A DNA stretch of 64,000 bases from an uncultured Anaeromyxobacteraceae bacterium (lineage in GTDB: Bacteria; Myxococcota_A; UBA9042; DTJE01), in contig CAZFVA010000004.1 in NCBI GenBank assembly GCA_964522105.1, positions 24,740 to 88,739 of the forward strand. The letters are read 5' to 3'. Below, piece after piece: positions 40,299 to 50,964 of this stretch (position 1 is the first letter of the stretch; every line of letters begins with the position of its first letter). The translations under genes and the position numbers were made by a program. The notes under the pieces were generated by a model that did no database searches, had not been told where the DNA came from, and worked only from the letters and a program-made list of their open reading frames with translations.

Positions 40299-40862
40299 AT
40301 GAGCAAGATTCTTGTAACGCTGGCGGCATGTTCGGCACTGGCTCTTGTTAGTGCGGGATGCGCGAAGAAGCAGGCTGCTGAACCGGTTAAGGTTGAATCT
40401 GCACAGAAGGCCGAGGCCCCGGCACCGGTTGAAGCTGTGAAGGCACCGGAAGTTGTAAAGGCGGTTGAGGCGGCCCCTGCCCCGGCCGGTGAACAGAAAG
40501 CGGAGGGAACAGTGGAAGCGGTAGAAGTGACGACCCCGAGTGGCCTCAAGTTTGTTGAATTGAAGATCGGCGAAGGCGAACTGCCGCAGGCCGGACAGAC
40601 CGTTATTGTTCACTATACCGGCACACTGACCGATGGAAAGAAGTTCGACAGCTCGGTTGATCGTGGCCAGCCTTTCAGCTTTGTGCTGGGAAAGGGCATG
40701 GTTATCAAGGGTTGGGACGAAGGCCTTTCGACGATGAAGATTGGCGGCAAGCGCAAGCTTATCATTCCGCCGGAACTCGGTTATGGCGCCCGTGGAGCTG
40801 GTGGAGTTATCCCGCCGAATGCCACACTGCTGTTTGACGTTGAACTGATTGGCGTGAAGTAG
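40299..40862 (+). CDS. FKBP-type peptidyl-prolyl cis-trans isomerase, lipoprotein
   Basis: GGAGGA Shine-Dalgarno 7 nt before ATG 40299. Lipobox LVSAGC. FKBP domain [18 protein letters not shown]...[16 protein letters not shown]...[10 protein letters not shown]. Confidence 0.8.
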   Translation: MSKILVTLAACSALALVSAGCAKKQAAEPVKVESAQKAEAPAPVEAVKAPEVVKAVEAAPAPAGEQKAEGTVEAVEVTTPSGLKFVELKIGEGELPQAGQTVIVHYTGTLTDGKKFDSSVDRGQPFSFVLGKGMVIKGWDEGLSTMKIGGKRKLIIPPELGYGARGAGGVIPPNATLLFDVELIGVK

Positions 40863-42179
40863 TCAGTTTTCGGTTTCGTCCGCGACCTTATTAATAAATT
40901 CAATAGCTTCAGCGTGCGTTGTTATTTTTCCGCGCAGTTGTTCGTCTTCAATCATTGTAAGTGTTGAAGCTATCCGTGGTCCCCTTGGTATCCCGGCCGC
41001 AATTACGTCATTTCCTGAAACGACAGGCTGTGGATGCAGGTCTTGCGCGGTCCATGAAAGAAGGCGCGTTCTGGCCGCTTCCACCGGGGCCGTCGATTTT
41101 TCAGCGGCTTTCTGGCGCGCATCAAGAAGGCTGACGCCATCGGCAAAATCTGGAAGTCTGACCAGCCTTTTTTCCGCCGCAACGTCGTCATATGGCAGAA
41201 GTTCCGCTTCTGTTGCGCAACTGATTATGCTGTAAACGGAGGCTATCTGTTGATTGCTTCTTTTGAGCCGTCGCAAAACGGCTGCGGCACCTTCCGGGCC
41301 AAGCGGGAAAAGGACGGCGGCCCACATCAGGTTGGCGCCTGTTCCTTTCAGCCTGTCGATGACAGCAGTAGTGAACGGGATGTCTTTAATATCAAATAGT
41401 TCTGGAATTATGACGTCAAGCAGACCGGTTTCGTCGGCCAGTCGGAATCCGGTAACGGGGTCGCGGGCTTCAAATAACTTTCGCAGCTCTTCTGAAATGC
41501 GCTCGACACTTACCTGCCTTACAAGGGCGGCATGTTGTTTGATTGCGTTCAGTGTGTCTTTTTCAATACTGAATCCGGTTACAGCGGCAAACCTGACAGC
41601 CCGCAATGGTCTGAGGTGGTCTTCTTCGAATCGTTTAACAGGTTCGCCAATGGCCCGGATGACGCCGGCGTTTATGTCCGGAATGCCCCCGACCAGATCA
41701 GTTACAATTCCGGTGTGCGGGTCAAGCGCCAGGCCGTTCATCGTGAAGTCACGCCGAAGTACGTCTTCCTTCAGATCGGTGAATCGGACGCCGTCAGGTC
41801 GCCTGCCGTCAGAGTAACTGGAGTCGGCCCGCAGAGTGGCGACTTCGAATTCCATGCCGGATATCCGCACAATAATGACCCCGAACTGGGCACCCACCGG
41901 AATCGTATGTTGAAAAAGGCCCTGAACATCGTTCGGAGTTGCTGATGTCGCAATGTCATAATCAACGGGCGTGATACCCATGATCATGTCACGGACGGCC
42001 CCACCTATGATCCAGGCTTCAAATCCAGATTTCTTCAGGATATTAACGACTTTTGATGCCCGCACAAATGCTGGTGATTTGATCGGCAGGGTAATCTGGA
42101 CTGTGACCGCATCGCTGCCATCGCTTGTCAGGGGCGATGTCATCAGATGTCTTCCCCCGAAACGACGCTGAAGCGCCAC
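40863..42179 (-). CDS. CCA tRNA nucleotidyltransferase / poly(A) polymerase family protein
   Basis: Pol-beta NTase head GFEAWIIGGAVRDMIMG...DYDIATSATP, plus an HD-like C-terminal region. Confidence 0.75.
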   Translation of the reverse strand: MALQRRFGGRHLMTSPLTSDGSDAVTVQITLPIKSPAFVRASKVVNILKKSGFEAWIIGGAVRDMIMGITPVDYDIATSATPNDVQGLFQHTIPVGAQFGVIIVRISGMEFEVATLRADSSYSDGRRPDGVRFTDLKEDVLRRDFTMNGLALDPHTGIVTDLVGGIPDINAGVIRAIGEPVKRFEEDHLRPLRAVRFAAVTGFSIEKDTLNAIKQHAALVRQVSVERISEELRKLFEARDPVTGFRLADETGLLDVIIPELFDIKDIPFTTAVIDRLKGTGANLMWAAVLFPLGPEGAAAVLRRLKRSNQQIASVYSIISCATEAELLPYDDVAAEKRLVRLPDFADGVSLLDARQKAAEKSTAPVEAARTRLLSWTAQDLHPQPVVSGNDVIAAGIPRGPRIASTLTMIEDEQLRGKITTHAEAIEFINKVADETEN

Positions 42180-43153
42180 TTGCTCATCGTGACCTCGATT
42201 GGTCCGATGTCCTGGTAAAGTTCGCCATCAAGCGTGAAATTACCGTCAGTCAATATGCGGTGCGTGCGTGGTCTGGCTGCAATCATCGGATGCTGCAGTT
42301 CCCAAAGAAGGTATGGGATAAGCCGGACAACGTCTGACGGGTTCTTCGCGTGTATGGCCTTTGAGTGAAAGCCGTCTTCAGGGTCTGTCGCCGAAAGCGC
42401 CCACACAAGGCCGCGTACCAGTTTGATGTCAATTGTGGATGCGACAACGCCGATCGTCCCACGGTTGGACAGGCCGTCGATTTCGATCGATCGTTTGTTT
42501 GGCTCCAGTCGCCAGCGATTTTCCTTGAAAAACGAAGACTTAAGGAAGTAACCAAGAGTCCCTTTCGCCAGAAAAGCTGCCAGTCCGGGATAGCCGCCAC
42601 CGATGCTGTCGCAAAGTTCCAGTGTATTGGCAATAACCTGCGATCCGAAGACCATTCCCAGCAAAGCCTTGTCAGGCTCGGCACCAATTGGCTGGACCTT
42701 AAGCAGGCCGATTTCCCTTGTGGAAATTGAATCGAGCGGCCTGTTTTTCCACCGCGTCAGGAATCTGGTCAGCGTGTCTTCCGGGTTGTGGTTTGTGCGC
42801 ATGGCGCGACTGGCGATGTTGTAGGTTCCGCCGTTCAACAGCAGCAAGGTCGGTTTGCGAACCGGTTCCCCGGAGTCATATGTGACGCCGGATTCCAGCA
42901 GCCTGGCCAGGGCATTGATCGTGCTGTGGATAGTGCCGTCGCCACCATTGATTCCAAGCACGTTTATCTTCTGGTCAACCAGCAGGCAGCGGACTGCTTC
43001 AGATATTTCTGATTCGCAGGCGGTAACGATGGCATCGGCAGTTGATGAAAGTTTTTCTTCGATGCGCTTATGGGTAAAGGGGAACCGCTCGTTATGTTGA
43101 GCTGAAGGGTTTGTAAGAACACCCAGACGCACTGTTTGCGGATTTATTGTCAT
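42143..43153 (-). CDS. diacylglycerol-kinase catalytic-domain (YegS/BmrU-like) lipid kinase family protein
   Basis: GINGGDGTIHSTINAL motif (DAGK_cat GGDGT). 336 aa. Confidence 0.55.
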   Translation of the reverse strand: MTINPQTVRLGVLTNPSAQHNERFPFTHKRIEEKLSSTADAIVTACESEISEAVRCLLVDQKINVLGINGGDGTIHSTINALARLLESGVTYDSGEPVRKPTLLLLNGGTYNIASRAMRTNHNPEDTLTRFLTRWKNRPLDSISTREIGLLKVQPIGAEPDKALLGMVFGSQVIANTLELCDSIGGGYPGLAAFLAKGTLGYFLKSSFFKENRWRLEPNKRSIEIDGLSNRGTIGVVASTIDIKLVRGLVWALSATDPEDGFHSKAIHAKNPSDVVRLIPYLLWELQHPMIAARPRTHRILTDGNFTLDGELYQDIGPIEVTMSKWRFSVVSGEDI

Positions 43154-43164
43154 CGGTTTTCTGG

Positions 43165-45210
43165 TCAGTTCCGGATGCCCCAGAATCTGCCAATGGGGTC
43201 ATAGGTGTAACTGCCGATAATGAGGTTAGCGTCCCAGTTACACTGCTCCATCTTGTTTCCGATCGTGTCGAATTCCATATTGCGGTCGGTGTCGATCATG
43301 TGGGCCGGGTCATCAATCGGTGTTCCAACCCTGAAATTGTCCGGGGTCCCGTCAAGTCCATTAAGCTGGTCGCGAATGTAACCCACCACTGTAGTCATCA
43401 GTGCATCACATGCACCTTCAGCAATACCGGCCGGCAGCCACGTGTACTTGGCCACCAGGGTGGCGTCGAAGTCACTGCAGCATGACATCGTCTGCAGGCA
43501 CTGGCGTCCGGCAAGAAGTGACCCGATCAGGGCTTCGTAAGAATCAACGGCCGGCAGTCCGGATGAATCGGTGCCGTCACCGAAGATTTGCGGCAGAAGG
43601 ATCTTTTCAAGGGCGAAGTTAATAAGCGCCCCGTACTTCAGGTTGACCGGGTGCGGGTCGATTTGCAGGTACGCGCCGTCAATCAGTTTGCCACTGATAT
43701 CTGCCCTGATGGCGTTTCCAATTCCAGGTATTGCAGCCATCGAGAAGTAAACTGCGCCGCATTCGTCATCAGCCGGGTCGCAGTCCTTGCCCAGCGACCA
43801 TCTGAATATAACCGTGTGCCAGACTTCCTTGCAGTCGCCAAGCGCGATGATTCCGTCCGGCCCCGGGTCTTTAGTGCAGGTCATTGTCGATTTGATTCTG
43901 AATTTCTGCAGAATGGCACCGACGTCCTTGCCGCCGAAATAGATCTTTTCGCACAGGGACGGATCATTTTCGTATGGACAGTTATTCTTCAACAGGTTCT
44001 CGATAATGGCGTCAATGATTCCGACCACGAAAGAACCGATCGTTCCGTATTCACCAAGAACCGGATCTTCAGCGTCGGCAAATATGTAACCACAGATGTC
44101 AGTGCCGATGTTGATACCGAGTATTGTTTCGTCGCACATCAGCATCAGCAACTGGCCTGTCGGCGAAGTGAACAGACCGATCAGGATGTCCAGGATCTTG
44201 TCGACAGTGGGCGGCAGGCCGGACGTCAGGTCGAAATTGCTGTCAATGTCGTAGGACCCGATGATCGACGGCGGAATGTCAATCAGGGTAAGGACAACGG
44301 TCTTCATGTTGCCGTATTCGACATGGCCGTTCGTATCGTCGCATGCCCAGGCCCGCACAAGGTCTGAGTCCTGTTCGTAGGCAAGGGCAACGATGGTGTA
44401 GTCCTGCGCAAGTTCAGTTTCAAGGCCGGGAAGTGATTTGAATATGACCTGGCCTCCGATGACCATGACATTGGCGCTCTCGATTGTGGCAGGCGGCAGA
44501 TTTTTGCGATCGAGAGAGGCACATTCGTAAAGGTGCTCTGCGTCTTTCTTGAAAATGCGGACCTTGGCAGTTTTCAGCATCGGATACATGCCGCCGTATA
44601 CGTCGAACTCGACTTTGAGTGGCGGAATTCCTTTAGGATCAACAAACACGGTAATTTCTACACAGTCGTCTTCAGAACCATATACGCATGCTTTGATGTG
44701 GCAATAGCCCCGGTTCTGAAAGCTCTTGACTGAACCGTAGGCAATACCGTCTTCGCCTGTGTAAGCTGTTGTGACGTCAAGCTGGCAGTATTCTTCGCCG
44801 TCAAGCAGTTCAAAGCTGATGGCCCGGTCCGCGTCATCACCGTTGCAATCGCGGTAGAACACAGACACTGATCTTGTCTGGGTAGTAGACATCCAGATGT
44901 GGACTCCGCCTGCAGCATCATCCATCTCGCCTTCAAATCCGAAACCGGCCACGCATATTGTGTCTGCCGAATCCGATCCGATCTGGTCCCTGTCCGATGA
45001 GTCTGTTTCTGTATTTGAACCATCAAGGGTATCAAAGCCGGGAAGCTCGGTCGGCGGGATATCTTCGCCCGTGATGTTGTTATCCCCACAACCGGCAAAC
45101 CCTGCGATTGCCACTAGAAGCATTCCGGAAAGTAAAGCGTATCTCATTGTGCGTCCTTTCTGGCGAACCAGTAATCGCCTGAATAACCAGCTATTTACCG
45201 TTCGGAACAA
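43165..45210 (-). CDS. hypothetical lipoprotein
   Basis: Lipobox LLVAIAGFAGCGD after an internal Met (MRYALLSG). Acidic linker. No known domain recognised. Confidence 0.45.
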   Translation of the reverse strand: MFRTVNSWLFRRLLVRQKGRTMRYALLSGMLLVAIAGFAGCGDNNITGEDIPPTELPGFDTLDGSNTETDSSDRDQIGSDSADTICVAGFGFEGEMDDAAGGVHIWMSTTQTRSVSVFYRDCNGDDADRAISFELLDGEEYCQLDVTTAYTGEDGIAYGSVKSFQNRGYCHIKACVYGSEDDCVEITVFVDPKGIPPLKVEFDVYGGMYPMLKTAKVRIFKKDAEHLYECASLDRKNLPPATIESANVMVIGGQVIFKSLPGLETELAQDYTIVALAYEQDSDLVRAWACDDTNGHVEYGNMKTVVLTLIDIPPSIIGSYDIDSNFDLTSGLPPTVDKILDILIGLFTSPTGQLLMLMCDETILGINIGTDICGYIFADAEDPVLGEYGTIGSFVVGIIDAIIENLLKNNCPYENDPSLCEKIYFGGKDVGAILQKFRIKSTMTCTKDPGPDGIIALGDCKEVWHTVIFRWSLGKDCDPADDECGAVYFSMAAIPGIGNAIRADISGKLIDGAYLQIDPHPVNLKYGALINFALEKILLPQIFGDGTDSSGLPAVDSYEALIGSLLAGRQCLQTMSCCSDFDATLVAKYTWLPAGIAEGACDALMTTVVGYIRDQLNGLDGTPDNFRVGTPIDDPAHMIDTDRNMEFDTIGNKMEQCNWDANLIIGSYTYDPIGRFWGIRN

Positions 45211-45339
45211 GAATAGCCCTTTGTATTGTACCTATTGGAATCAACAATCGCAACGTGACGAACCTTAATGATTTAGATCCTGTACTTGAAGTTTGTAATA
45301 ATGTAGGATTTCGCCGACAGATTGACCCGGGAGGCAGTC

Positions 45340-45747
45340 ATGTTGACCAGAAAGTTTCTGACAGGAAAGATTCACAGGGCGACCGTAACAAGCGCCGATG
45401 TGAGCTATGTTGGTTCCATAACGATCGACAGGGATCTTATGGAGGCAGTAGATTTTCGCCCCCTCGAAGAGGTGGAAATCTGGGACGTGACAAACGGCGC
45501 CAGGTTTTCAACCTACTGTCTGCCTGGTGAACGAGGCTCCGGCATCATTCAGATAAACGGGGCTGCGGCGCACCTGGCTCATAAAGGTGACAAGATAATC
45601 GTTGCTTCGTACGGCATTTTTGATTCGGAATCGCTTGGTAAACATGTTGTTCCAGTCGTCATTCCTGATGACAACAACATGATTCTTCGGCGGTTGGAAT
45701 ACAGAGCCGATCTTGCCAACGGTGATTTTGAGGTTGTTGACCTGTAA
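45340..45747 (+). CDS. panD: aspartate 1-decarboxylase
   Basis: MLTRKFLTGKIHRATVTSADVSYVGSITID, including the Gly-Ser self-cleavage site. The internal start at 45340 is preferred over the ORF-track start. Confidence 0.85.
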   Translation: MLTRKFLTGKIHRATVTSADVSYVGSITIDRDLMEAVDFRPLEEVEIWDVTNGARFSTYCLPGERGSGIIQINGAAAHLAHKGDKIIVASYGIFDSESLGKHVVPVVIPDDNNMILRRLEYRADLANGDFEVVDL

Positions 45748-45825
45748 GCTGACAACTTTCATACCTGACAAATATTGATCTGAAATGTATCTGACAGATT
45801 TTGAACGTGGTGCGGAGGTTTTTTT

Positions 45826-46620
45826 GTGGGTCTGTTCAACAACAGGGAACTTCTGGATCTCCGTTTAGAACTTGACCGCATCAAAACCAGTCTGGAAAAG
45901 GCAGAAGCCGATTTGAAAGTCGCGACCGGCAGGGCTGTCGCTGCAGAAGAAGCTTTGTTGGCGACTGGCAAGGCTGTCGAAACACTTAATAAAGAAAATA
46001 AAGACCTCAAGGTTCAGGTTGACAGGCTTCTGGAATGTCGAGTCAGGGCCGAGAAGGCGGCGTCCTTTTTTGAAGAAAGGTTCAATGCGGTCAGGCGCGA
46101 ACTGGATTTTGCGAAAGGCGCCGTTGAATCGTCGCGGGCTGGTGAAGGCTCAAGGGCGGTTGGAGCTCAACTTAAAGGTGAAAACAGCAGGCTCAAGGTC
46201 GAGCTCGAGCTTTTTGCTGCGCAGGTCGAGCGATTGAAGGTTCAACTTGAGCAGGCGAAGTCTGAAATTCCTGCTGTTGGTCTTAACGTGATCAAGGCAG
46301 GTCAGTCCGATGGCGATGACTTCGCCGTTCTGCGGAGTGAACTTGACAGCACCCGGCGTCGCCTTGCTGAATCTGAAGAGATGCGGCGGCTTGCGGTTCG
46401 TAAAGCTGAACATAACCGGCGCGCATGGGTGACTACGCAGATGCAGCTTGACCTTGCAGAAGACAGACTTTGCCTGATAACGACAGGGAAACCACGGCCG
46501 GTTAGCGATGATTTGCGGTACGCCACCAGCGAAGGCGATGAAATGATTCAGGCCGACGACGTGGACGCCGGTAATAAAATCGTTGAAACTGTCATGGTCC
46601 AGACGGAAATTGTGGAATGA
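45826..46620 (+). CDS. coiled-coil protein, hypothetical
   Basis: Heptad-rich sequence (LELDRIKTSLEKAEADLKVATGRAVAAEEAL...). Stop overlaps the next gene's start by 4 nt. Confidence 0.45.
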   Translation: MGLFNNRELLDLRLELDRIKTSLEKAEADLKVATGRAVAAEEALLATGKAVETLNKENKDLKVQVDRLLECRVRAEKAASFFEERFNAVRRELDFAKGAVESSRAGEGSRAVGAQLKGENSRLKVELELFAAQVERLKVQLEQAKSEIPAVGLNVIKAGQSDGDDFAVLRSELDSTRRRLAESEEMRRLAVRKAEHNRRAWVTTQMQLDLAEDRLCLITTGKPRPVSDDLRYATSEGDEMIQADDVDAGNKIVETVMVQTEIVE

Positions 46621-47204
46621 GCTGCTTCATAAAAATCTTTATGGTCGTTCTGGTCATATTCACAACGGCCTGTGATTCCAGCCGTTTAATCAGCGGAGTA
46701 TATAGATCTGAAGATAAGGTGATTATCGAGGGCGTGGAAGGATTTACTGAAGGTGTATGGGTCGAGCTTGTTCTGGGGCAGTTCGGGCCTGACTTGACCG
46801 GGCTGGTCAAGGTATATCCAAATGACCAGTTTCTTGGATCGTTGGAAGGTATGTGCGGGTGCAGGTTTATTGATGAAGGAACAGTCATCGGGTCTGATGT
46901 GAGCTTCATTTTCAGGTCAAATGGGAATTGTTCTGATTCAGAAAACGCACCCCTGCTGCTGGCCGCCATGACTTTTGATGATCCGGGGCCTGTCATTGAT
47001 CAGACATCGGGACAATATCTTTCCGGAACTATTGTTCTGGAGGGCTCGGATGCAGGCAACGCGCCGACGTTGACGTTTCGGCGGGTACTCGGGATAAATG
47101 AACTTGGCGCCTCAGATCTTGTTTGTGATGATCCTCTTGTTCGCGGGATTCAGGCTGCGGCGGTCGTATCGGGGCTGACTATTGACGGGGGGCTGCCTGA
47201 ATGA
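46617..47204 (+). CDS. hypothetical lipoprotein
   Basis: Signal plus lipobox VIFTTACDSS. 195 aa. 4-nt overlap with both neighbours. Confidence 0.45.
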   Translation: MSCFIKIFMVVLVIFTTACDSSRLISGVYRSEDKVIIEGVEGFTEGVWVELVLGQFGPDLTGLVKVYPNDQFLGSLEGMCGCRFIDEGTVIGSDVSFIFRSNGNCSDSENAPLLLAAMTFDDPGPVIDQTSGQYLSGTIVLEGSDAGNAPTLTFRRVLGINELGASDLVCDDPLVRGIQAAAVVSGLTIDGGLPE

Positions 47205-48661
47205 CGGCGGGCGAAAGACTTCTGTCGATGGCCTTTCTGGTCCTGGCTGTAGTCGCCCCTTCTGCGGTTTCTGCCGCCGATGCTGTTAAAACTGCGGAAG
47301 CCTCTTTCCCAAAAAAACGCGTCATCCTGATTCCCGGCAGGGATTTCAGAATAGATCCGGAAGCTTTGTTCTTTGAAGGGGACGTTGCCGGTCCTGCAGG
47401 TCAGGAGATTGGAAAGGCTTGTACGACTGCGGCCGAGTTTATTTCCGAGGAACCTGAAATCGAGCTTACCGATTTGACGGCCGGTCGCGGACAGCTTGAA
47501 GTTGAAGGTCTGCAGAATCAGGAACTTGTTGTCAGGGGCCTGCTGCACCTCGGGATTGAACGGTACCGTGACATTAATCTGAAGGAAGCAATCAGTGTTC
47601 TGGAAGAAGGTATAAAGGTTTCGCTGCATGGATATGCTGACGTTCTGCATCCGACGCTTGTTTCAGACCTTTATCTATATCTTGGCTTGACGCGCCTGGA
47701 GACGGGCGAGCCGGAGCTTGCCCATATTGCTTTGAAAAACATGTTTCTTCTGACCCCGGACAAGCGGTTTCGTTCGGGCTGGTTTCCGCAGAAAGTTGAA
47801 AAGGCACTGCGGGCGGCTGCCGTCGATTTTGTTCAGTCCCCCCCTCGGGAAAATCCCCTTGGTACAACGGAAAGGGTCGCCGGATTTTTGAAGGCAAACA
47901 GGGCAAACGCCTTGATGTACCTGTATCTGGAGTCGGGCAGTGATAAGACCGTGATGCTGGAAACCAGAGTTTTCGAGATGCCGCGCAAGGAGTCTGATTC
48001 AATGGGGATGACGAGGGACAGTCGCCGGTGGGACGGCGTGACCTCGGCTTCTTTAGCGGTTTCGGCATGGCTGGCGTGCGCGGACCTCCCTTCAAGAATT
48101 GATACCAGCCGCAGGTTGCCCAGAATATTCCTGGAGACAGGCGCGTCTTACAGCATGTTCCTGGCCGACAATACGACCAGAACAGGGTTTCATAATCTTG
48201 GTGGTGCAGTAAGCCTTGCCTATCAGATACAACCCGGCCTTGACACGTTTATCAAGTTCAATTTCTACAGGTCGGTTGAAGATTCATACGGTGATTTGTT
48301 GGATGATTTCTGGAGTATCAGGACAGCAATCGGGGTCGGATATTCTGCAGTATTTTCGTGGGGTCGCGTGTTTACTCACTTCGGTTTCGAGATGAATTAT
48401 CTGAGCGGTTTTCGTTCCAGCACGGATCCGCGCTGCAAGCTGTGGCCGGATGATCCTGAACTGTGTGAATCGTCAACTGTCAGCAAGCCGTCTTTTCTGT
48501 TCGGGGCCATGGGACTGGTCGGCGTGAATGTGTTCCTGTCGCGCCAGGTCTTCATGACGATGCAGGTCGGAGTGTCAGGATATTTTGTGGCCAATGAAAA
48601 CCTGAGCGACCTGAATTCGCCTTTCGTCACTGAAATTGGTTTTGGATACGCCTTCTTTTGA
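47201..48661 (+). CDS. secreted protein with C-terminal beta-barrel-like region ending in Phe (OMP-like)
   Basis: Signal peptide LVLAVVAPSAVSAADA. C-terminus ...VTEIGFGYAFF. Confidence 0.45.
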   Translation: MTAGERLLSMAFLVLAVVAPSAVSAADAVKTAEASFPKKRVILIPGRDFRIDPEALFFEGDVAGPAGQEIGKACTTAAEFISEEPEIELTDLTAGRGQLEVEGLQNQELVVRGLLHLGIERYRDINLKEAISVLEEGIKVSLHGYADVLHPTLVSDLYLYLGLTRLETGEPELAHIALKNMFLLTPDKRFRSGWFPQKVEKALRAAAVDFVQSPPRENPLGTTERVAGFLKANRANALMYLYLESGSDKTVMLETRVFEMPRKESDSMGMTRDSRRWDGVTSASLAVSAWLACADLPSRIDTSRRLPRIFLETGASYSMFLADNTTRTGFHNLGGAVSLAYQIQPGLDTFIKFNFYRSVEDSYGDLLDDFWSIRTAIGVGYSAVFSWGRVFTHFGFEMNYLSGFRSSTDPRCKLWPDDPELCESSTVSKPSFLFGAMGLVGVNVFLSRQVFMTMQVGVSGYFVANENLSDLNSPFVTEIGFGYAFF

Positions 48662-48667
48662 AATGAA

Positions 48668-50941
48668 TCAGCGTGATGTCAATTTGATAAGAAATTCGCG
48701 AGTCTGCGGGTCGCGTTCATCTGCCAGCATCTGTTTCAGAAGCGGCTCAGCCGTCCGTGTATCGAATCTGAAAATTGCCTCTGCGACCGCTTGACGGACG
48801 CCCGTGTCCGAGTCTTTAATGACCTTGGTGATGTATGTCAAAGCGGTTTGATTCCGGGTTTTCCCCAGTGATTTTACAGTTGCGGCCCTGACGATCGGGG
48901 ATACATCAATGACAAGTGCCCCGACGGCATTAATTGACTGACTGTCGGTCAGTTCGTCCATTGAGGTAACTGCCGTCACGCGAATTTGTTCATCAGGATC
49001 GAAAAGCAGGCCGGCAAGGAAAGTAGATCGAATGGCGTCATCGCCAGGTTCAAGGGAAGCCAGATAAGCCGAAACCGCAGGCCTTCTGATTTCGGGCCGT
49101 GCGTTGCCGGCCAGCATCTTCAGACGTGGCTTTGTACCTGGAACCGGCTTTTGTATAAGTGCTTCGATCGCGGTGATTCTGACCGGGGTTGAAAGATCTT
49201 CCAGTCCTTTTTTCAGGACCGTAAATGACTTTTCGTCGCTGTTCTTTGAAGCGGCGGTTACTGCGGCCTGACGGATACCTTCGTCGGCATCGTCGATGCC
49301 ATCAATGACCAGGCTGGATACACGGGCATCGCGTGCATTGGCAAGGGCCTTGACGGCACCGCGCCTGATTTCAAGGTCATTGTTTTTCATCAGATTCTTC
49401 AGTGTCGCCACTGTAGCCGCTTCGAGATCTGATGCATTGGCCGCATTTGCCACGGCTTCAAGAGCAAGAAGGCTGCGCAGGCGGTCGCCTTCGGCTATCA
49501 GCCTGATCAGCGCCGGTTGCGGCAGTCTGGAAAGCACTTTAGTCGCCGCTGCTCTGGCCTCGGCGCCGTCTTTTTTGTCAGGGATCAGGGGTACAAGGAT
49601 ACTGAGGACGGCCGGGTCGGTCAGATTTCCGAGGCCTCTCATGGCATCGACTCTGGTTCCAGGCTTCTTCAAGGCTTCAGTCAGAATGGCCACTTTGTTT
49701 GCCGGGTTGCCGCACGCCTTGTCGGCGGGATGATTAGCAACGGCCATTCGAACGGCCAGGGCCGCCCCTTCCGGCGACCCTTCCGACACCAGGAAGGTCA
49801 GCGTGTCGCTGTTGTCGGGACACGACGACGTAATTTCGACGGCCAGTCGCTCGCGCTCTTTCACTGGAATTCTGGAGTTTTTCAGGGCCCTTATCATGAC
49901 GTCGGTGGCTTTCATCCCTTTCAAGGCATTTACCGCGACTGACCTTACCTCGGCATTATCTGATTCAAGAGCCATGCCGACGGCTGGCGCGATGTCTGTC
50001 TTGCCGGAAGCTGTCAGTCTGCGCAGAGCGGCAATAACGACTGCAGGGTCGCGACTTTTCAGGTTCTCCATTTCAAGCAGGTGGTCGTAGTTGTGGACGC
50101 CCCTGGCCGAAAGAGTTCTTGCTGCCGAAAGCTTCAGTTCCGGGTCGCGGTCGTTTTCGGCAATTTGAATGATTTCATCGTTCTGGGCCTTGATCTTTCC
50201 AGACTCAATCAATTTCAGAACGGCCTTTCTTATTGCCGCAGAGGCATCCTTGAGCATGCCTGCAAGTTGAATATCGGCCGGTACTGTCTTGAACGTGGAA
50301 ACTGCCGCAATCGACGCCAGCCTGATACTTTCATCTTCAGCGGCCAGGCCTTTCTGAACAATGTTGATTAATGAAGAGTCCCCCGATTCAAGGCCTTTTC
50401 TGAATGCGGCCGACGAAGTCATCGAGTTCTGGTCAAGTGCCACAATCATTGTTTCAGGCGCATCACTGCCGAACGCCCTGTACCACGGCTGAACTGTTAC
50501 CAGAACCGGCGTCTTAATGAGCGTTGGATTGACAGGTCCTTTTGAAAATTTTGGTGCCGATATCTGGCCGAACCCTAATGATTTCAAGGTGTAATATGTT
50601 TCGGCAATTACAAGATCCCAACTTTCCGGTTTTGAAGCATCAAGGCTTATTATCGCCGTCGGTTCCGCACCTTCCGTTGCTGACAGGGTTGTTGACCCGT
50701 AGGCCGCCGGGAAACGGGCTTTCATGCTTTCAAAAAGGCGTATGGCGGTACCGCGGAGGTTGCCTTGTTGTCCGGCGAAAGCAGCCTTTGGAAGCGGCCT
50801 CGGCATCACTACAACCAACTGCGTTCCCGTGCTGTCAAAGGATGTTGCCTCGTAAATCATCGGGATCGGCTGCGCTGTGGCCGAAGCGGATTGCGCTGTA
50901 CAAATCAGAACGGTCAGAATTGGTATAAGTATCAGCTTCAT
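48668..50941 (-). CDS. secreted HEAT/PBS-lyase-like repeat protein
   Basis: Signal peptide. Many repeats of type DP.VR..A..AL..xG.... Confidence 0.6.
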   Translation of the reverse strand: MKLILIPILTVLICTAQSASATAQPIPMIYEATSFDSTGTQLVVVMPRPLPKAAFAGQQGNLRGTAIRLFESMKARFPAAYGSTTLSATEGAEPTAIISLDASKPESWDLVIAETYYTLKSLGFGQISAPKFSKGPVNPTLIKTPVLVTVQPWYRAFGSDAPETMIVALDQNSMTSSAAFRKGLESGDSSLINIVQKGLAAEDESIRLASIAAVSTFKTVPADIQLAGMLKDASAAIRKAVLKLIESGKIKAQNDEIIQIAENDRDPELKLSAARTLSARGVHNYDHLLEMENLKSRDPAVVIAALRRLTASGKTDIAPAVGMALESDNAEVRSVAVNALKGMKATDVMIRALKNSRIPVKERERLAVEITSSCPDNSDTLTFLVSEGSPEGAALAVRMAVANHPADKACGNPANKVAILTEALKKPGTRVDAMRGLGNLTDPAVLSILVPLIPDKKDGAEARAAATKVLSRLPQPALIRLIAEGDRLRSLLALEAVANAANASDLEAATVATLKNLMKNNDLEIRRGAVKALANARDARVSSLVIDGIDDADEGIRQAAVTAASKNSDEKSFTVLKKGLEDLSTPVRITAIEALIQKPVPGTKPRLKMLAGNARPEIRRPAVSAYLASLEPGDDAIRSTFLAGLLFDPDEQIRVTAVTSMDELTDSQSINAVGALVIDVSPIVRAATVKSLGKTRNQTALTYITKVIKDSDTGVRQAVAEAIFRFDTRTAEPLLKQMLADERDPQTREFLIKLTSR

Positions 50942-50964
50942 GATTCCTCCGGAAATTCCGGCTG

